Positions 63,013-64,000 of a DNA stretch of 64,000 nt are shown here, one piece after another. A model generated the notes under the pieces. The model searched no databases and was not told the origin of the DNA. It saw only the letters and a list, made by a program, of their open reading frames with translations. Within the stretch, counting starts at the first letter, position 1, and each line of letters opens with the position of its first letter. The DNA lies in NCBI RefSeq assembly GCF_009914755.1, contig NC_060935.1; one strand, given 5' to 3'. The translations under genes were made by a program, and so were the position numbers. The stretch comes from the human T2T-CHM13v2.0 reference genome, Homo sapiens.

Positions 63013-63062
63013 CCTAGGGAGATAAACATCCTATATACCTAGGGAGATAAACATCCTATATA
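63013..63062. repeat. Perfect 25-bp tandem duplication
   Basis: CCTAGGGAGATAAACATCCTATATA x2. Confidence 0.95.
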
Positions 63063-63094
63063 TCTTCCACCAATCACCCCAAAACACCCATTCT

Positions 63095-63485
63095 GGTACA
63101 ATGCATTCGTTAACAGTTACCACCCTCACCCTGTCTTTAAGAGAACCATATAACCCATCTCCCTTGCCTTGTGACTCACAAAGGCCTGGCCCCACTGCCA
63201 GGCATTGCCACGTGACTGATTTTGGCCAACAGAGTGTGAGCAGACATGAAGGATGCCAGGTCTGAACAGAAGTTGTAAATGTGACTATACAATTTGGCTC
63301 AGCCTCTTGCTGTTCTCAACCACAATAAAACAGGCAGATCACAAAACGAGAAAGTATATGGAGCAGAACCACAGCCAACGCACAGCCCAGGTGACATAAG
63401 GAAGAAAGAAACTGTTGCTTTGTAAGCCACTGAGAGTTGAGGTTGTTTGTTATGCAGCCAGACTTCGCGACAACTGACTAATTAC
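63095..63485 (+). mobile_element. Old MLT1 (H/I-type) LTR
   Basis: GCCACGTGACTGATTTTGGCCAACAGAGTGTGAGCAGA..GTAAGCCACTGAGAGTTGAGGTTGTTTGTTATGCAGC..CTGACTAA. Confidence 0.7.
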
Positions 63486-64000
63486 CCTTCAATACAGGAG
63501 TAGCAGGTAGCTCTGGGGAGTTGGCCAGCTCTTTGCACCTATGTCCTGTGGCTCCTATCACCCACCTAACAAAGCCCAGGCCTAGTTCCAATTTCACCAT
63601 AACTCATTTTCCATCCATTTATACCCTAGGCTCCTTAAGAAGTGAATCTTCCCGGCAACACCCTTAGTTCATGACTCATCCTGCCAGTGACTCTGGTTAA
63701 GGGGGGAAAAAGGTAGGTTTAATGTTTCAGCAACGCCACTGGAGATCTCAGAGTAAAAATCACCCCCTTTTCCTCTCCTGGGGAGGCTCCACACCAAGAG
63801 CCAATGGAGACTCACTGTCTAAGATAGAGAGCAAGATGTACAGGAGAGGGCACTGGACTAGGAGTCTGGAGTTCTGGATTTGGATTCAGGCTAAGTCACT
63901 GGGCCATGTGACCCCCTTAAAACCACGGAGTCTCTAATGGCCTGGGTGACCTAGTACAAGTCATTCCCTCTGTCTAAACTGATCAGTGGTTTTCAAACCC

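Overview
Primate (most likely human) non-coding genomic DNA, either intronic or intergenic; the host gene or locus cannot be identified from sequence alone. The window is rich in ancient MIR and L2 elements and poor in L1. It holds three Alus, many MaLR/ERVL LTRs, a solo HERV-H LTR (LTR7B-type), hAT MITEs and a ~1.15 kb GGGAT/GGAAT-type tandem repeat. No protein-coding region is supportable: the ORF-track entries I examined overlap repeats or look like chance ORFs. I found no new multi-gene biological system. The most unusual signals are: (1) a cluster of old local duplications at 34.0-37.9 kb (a direct copy with a permuted junction plus an inverted copy); (2) a second short templated insertion at 52.3 kb that, like the inverted copy, interrupts a MIR at the same core position; (3) a tailless 5'-half tRNA-Gly(TCC) retrocopy with a 16-bp TSD; (4) an intact solo LTR7B near a CpG-retaining enhancer-like segment. 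Repeat family calls come from my recall of consensus sequences, not a database search, so subfamilies and boundaries of old elements are approximate.
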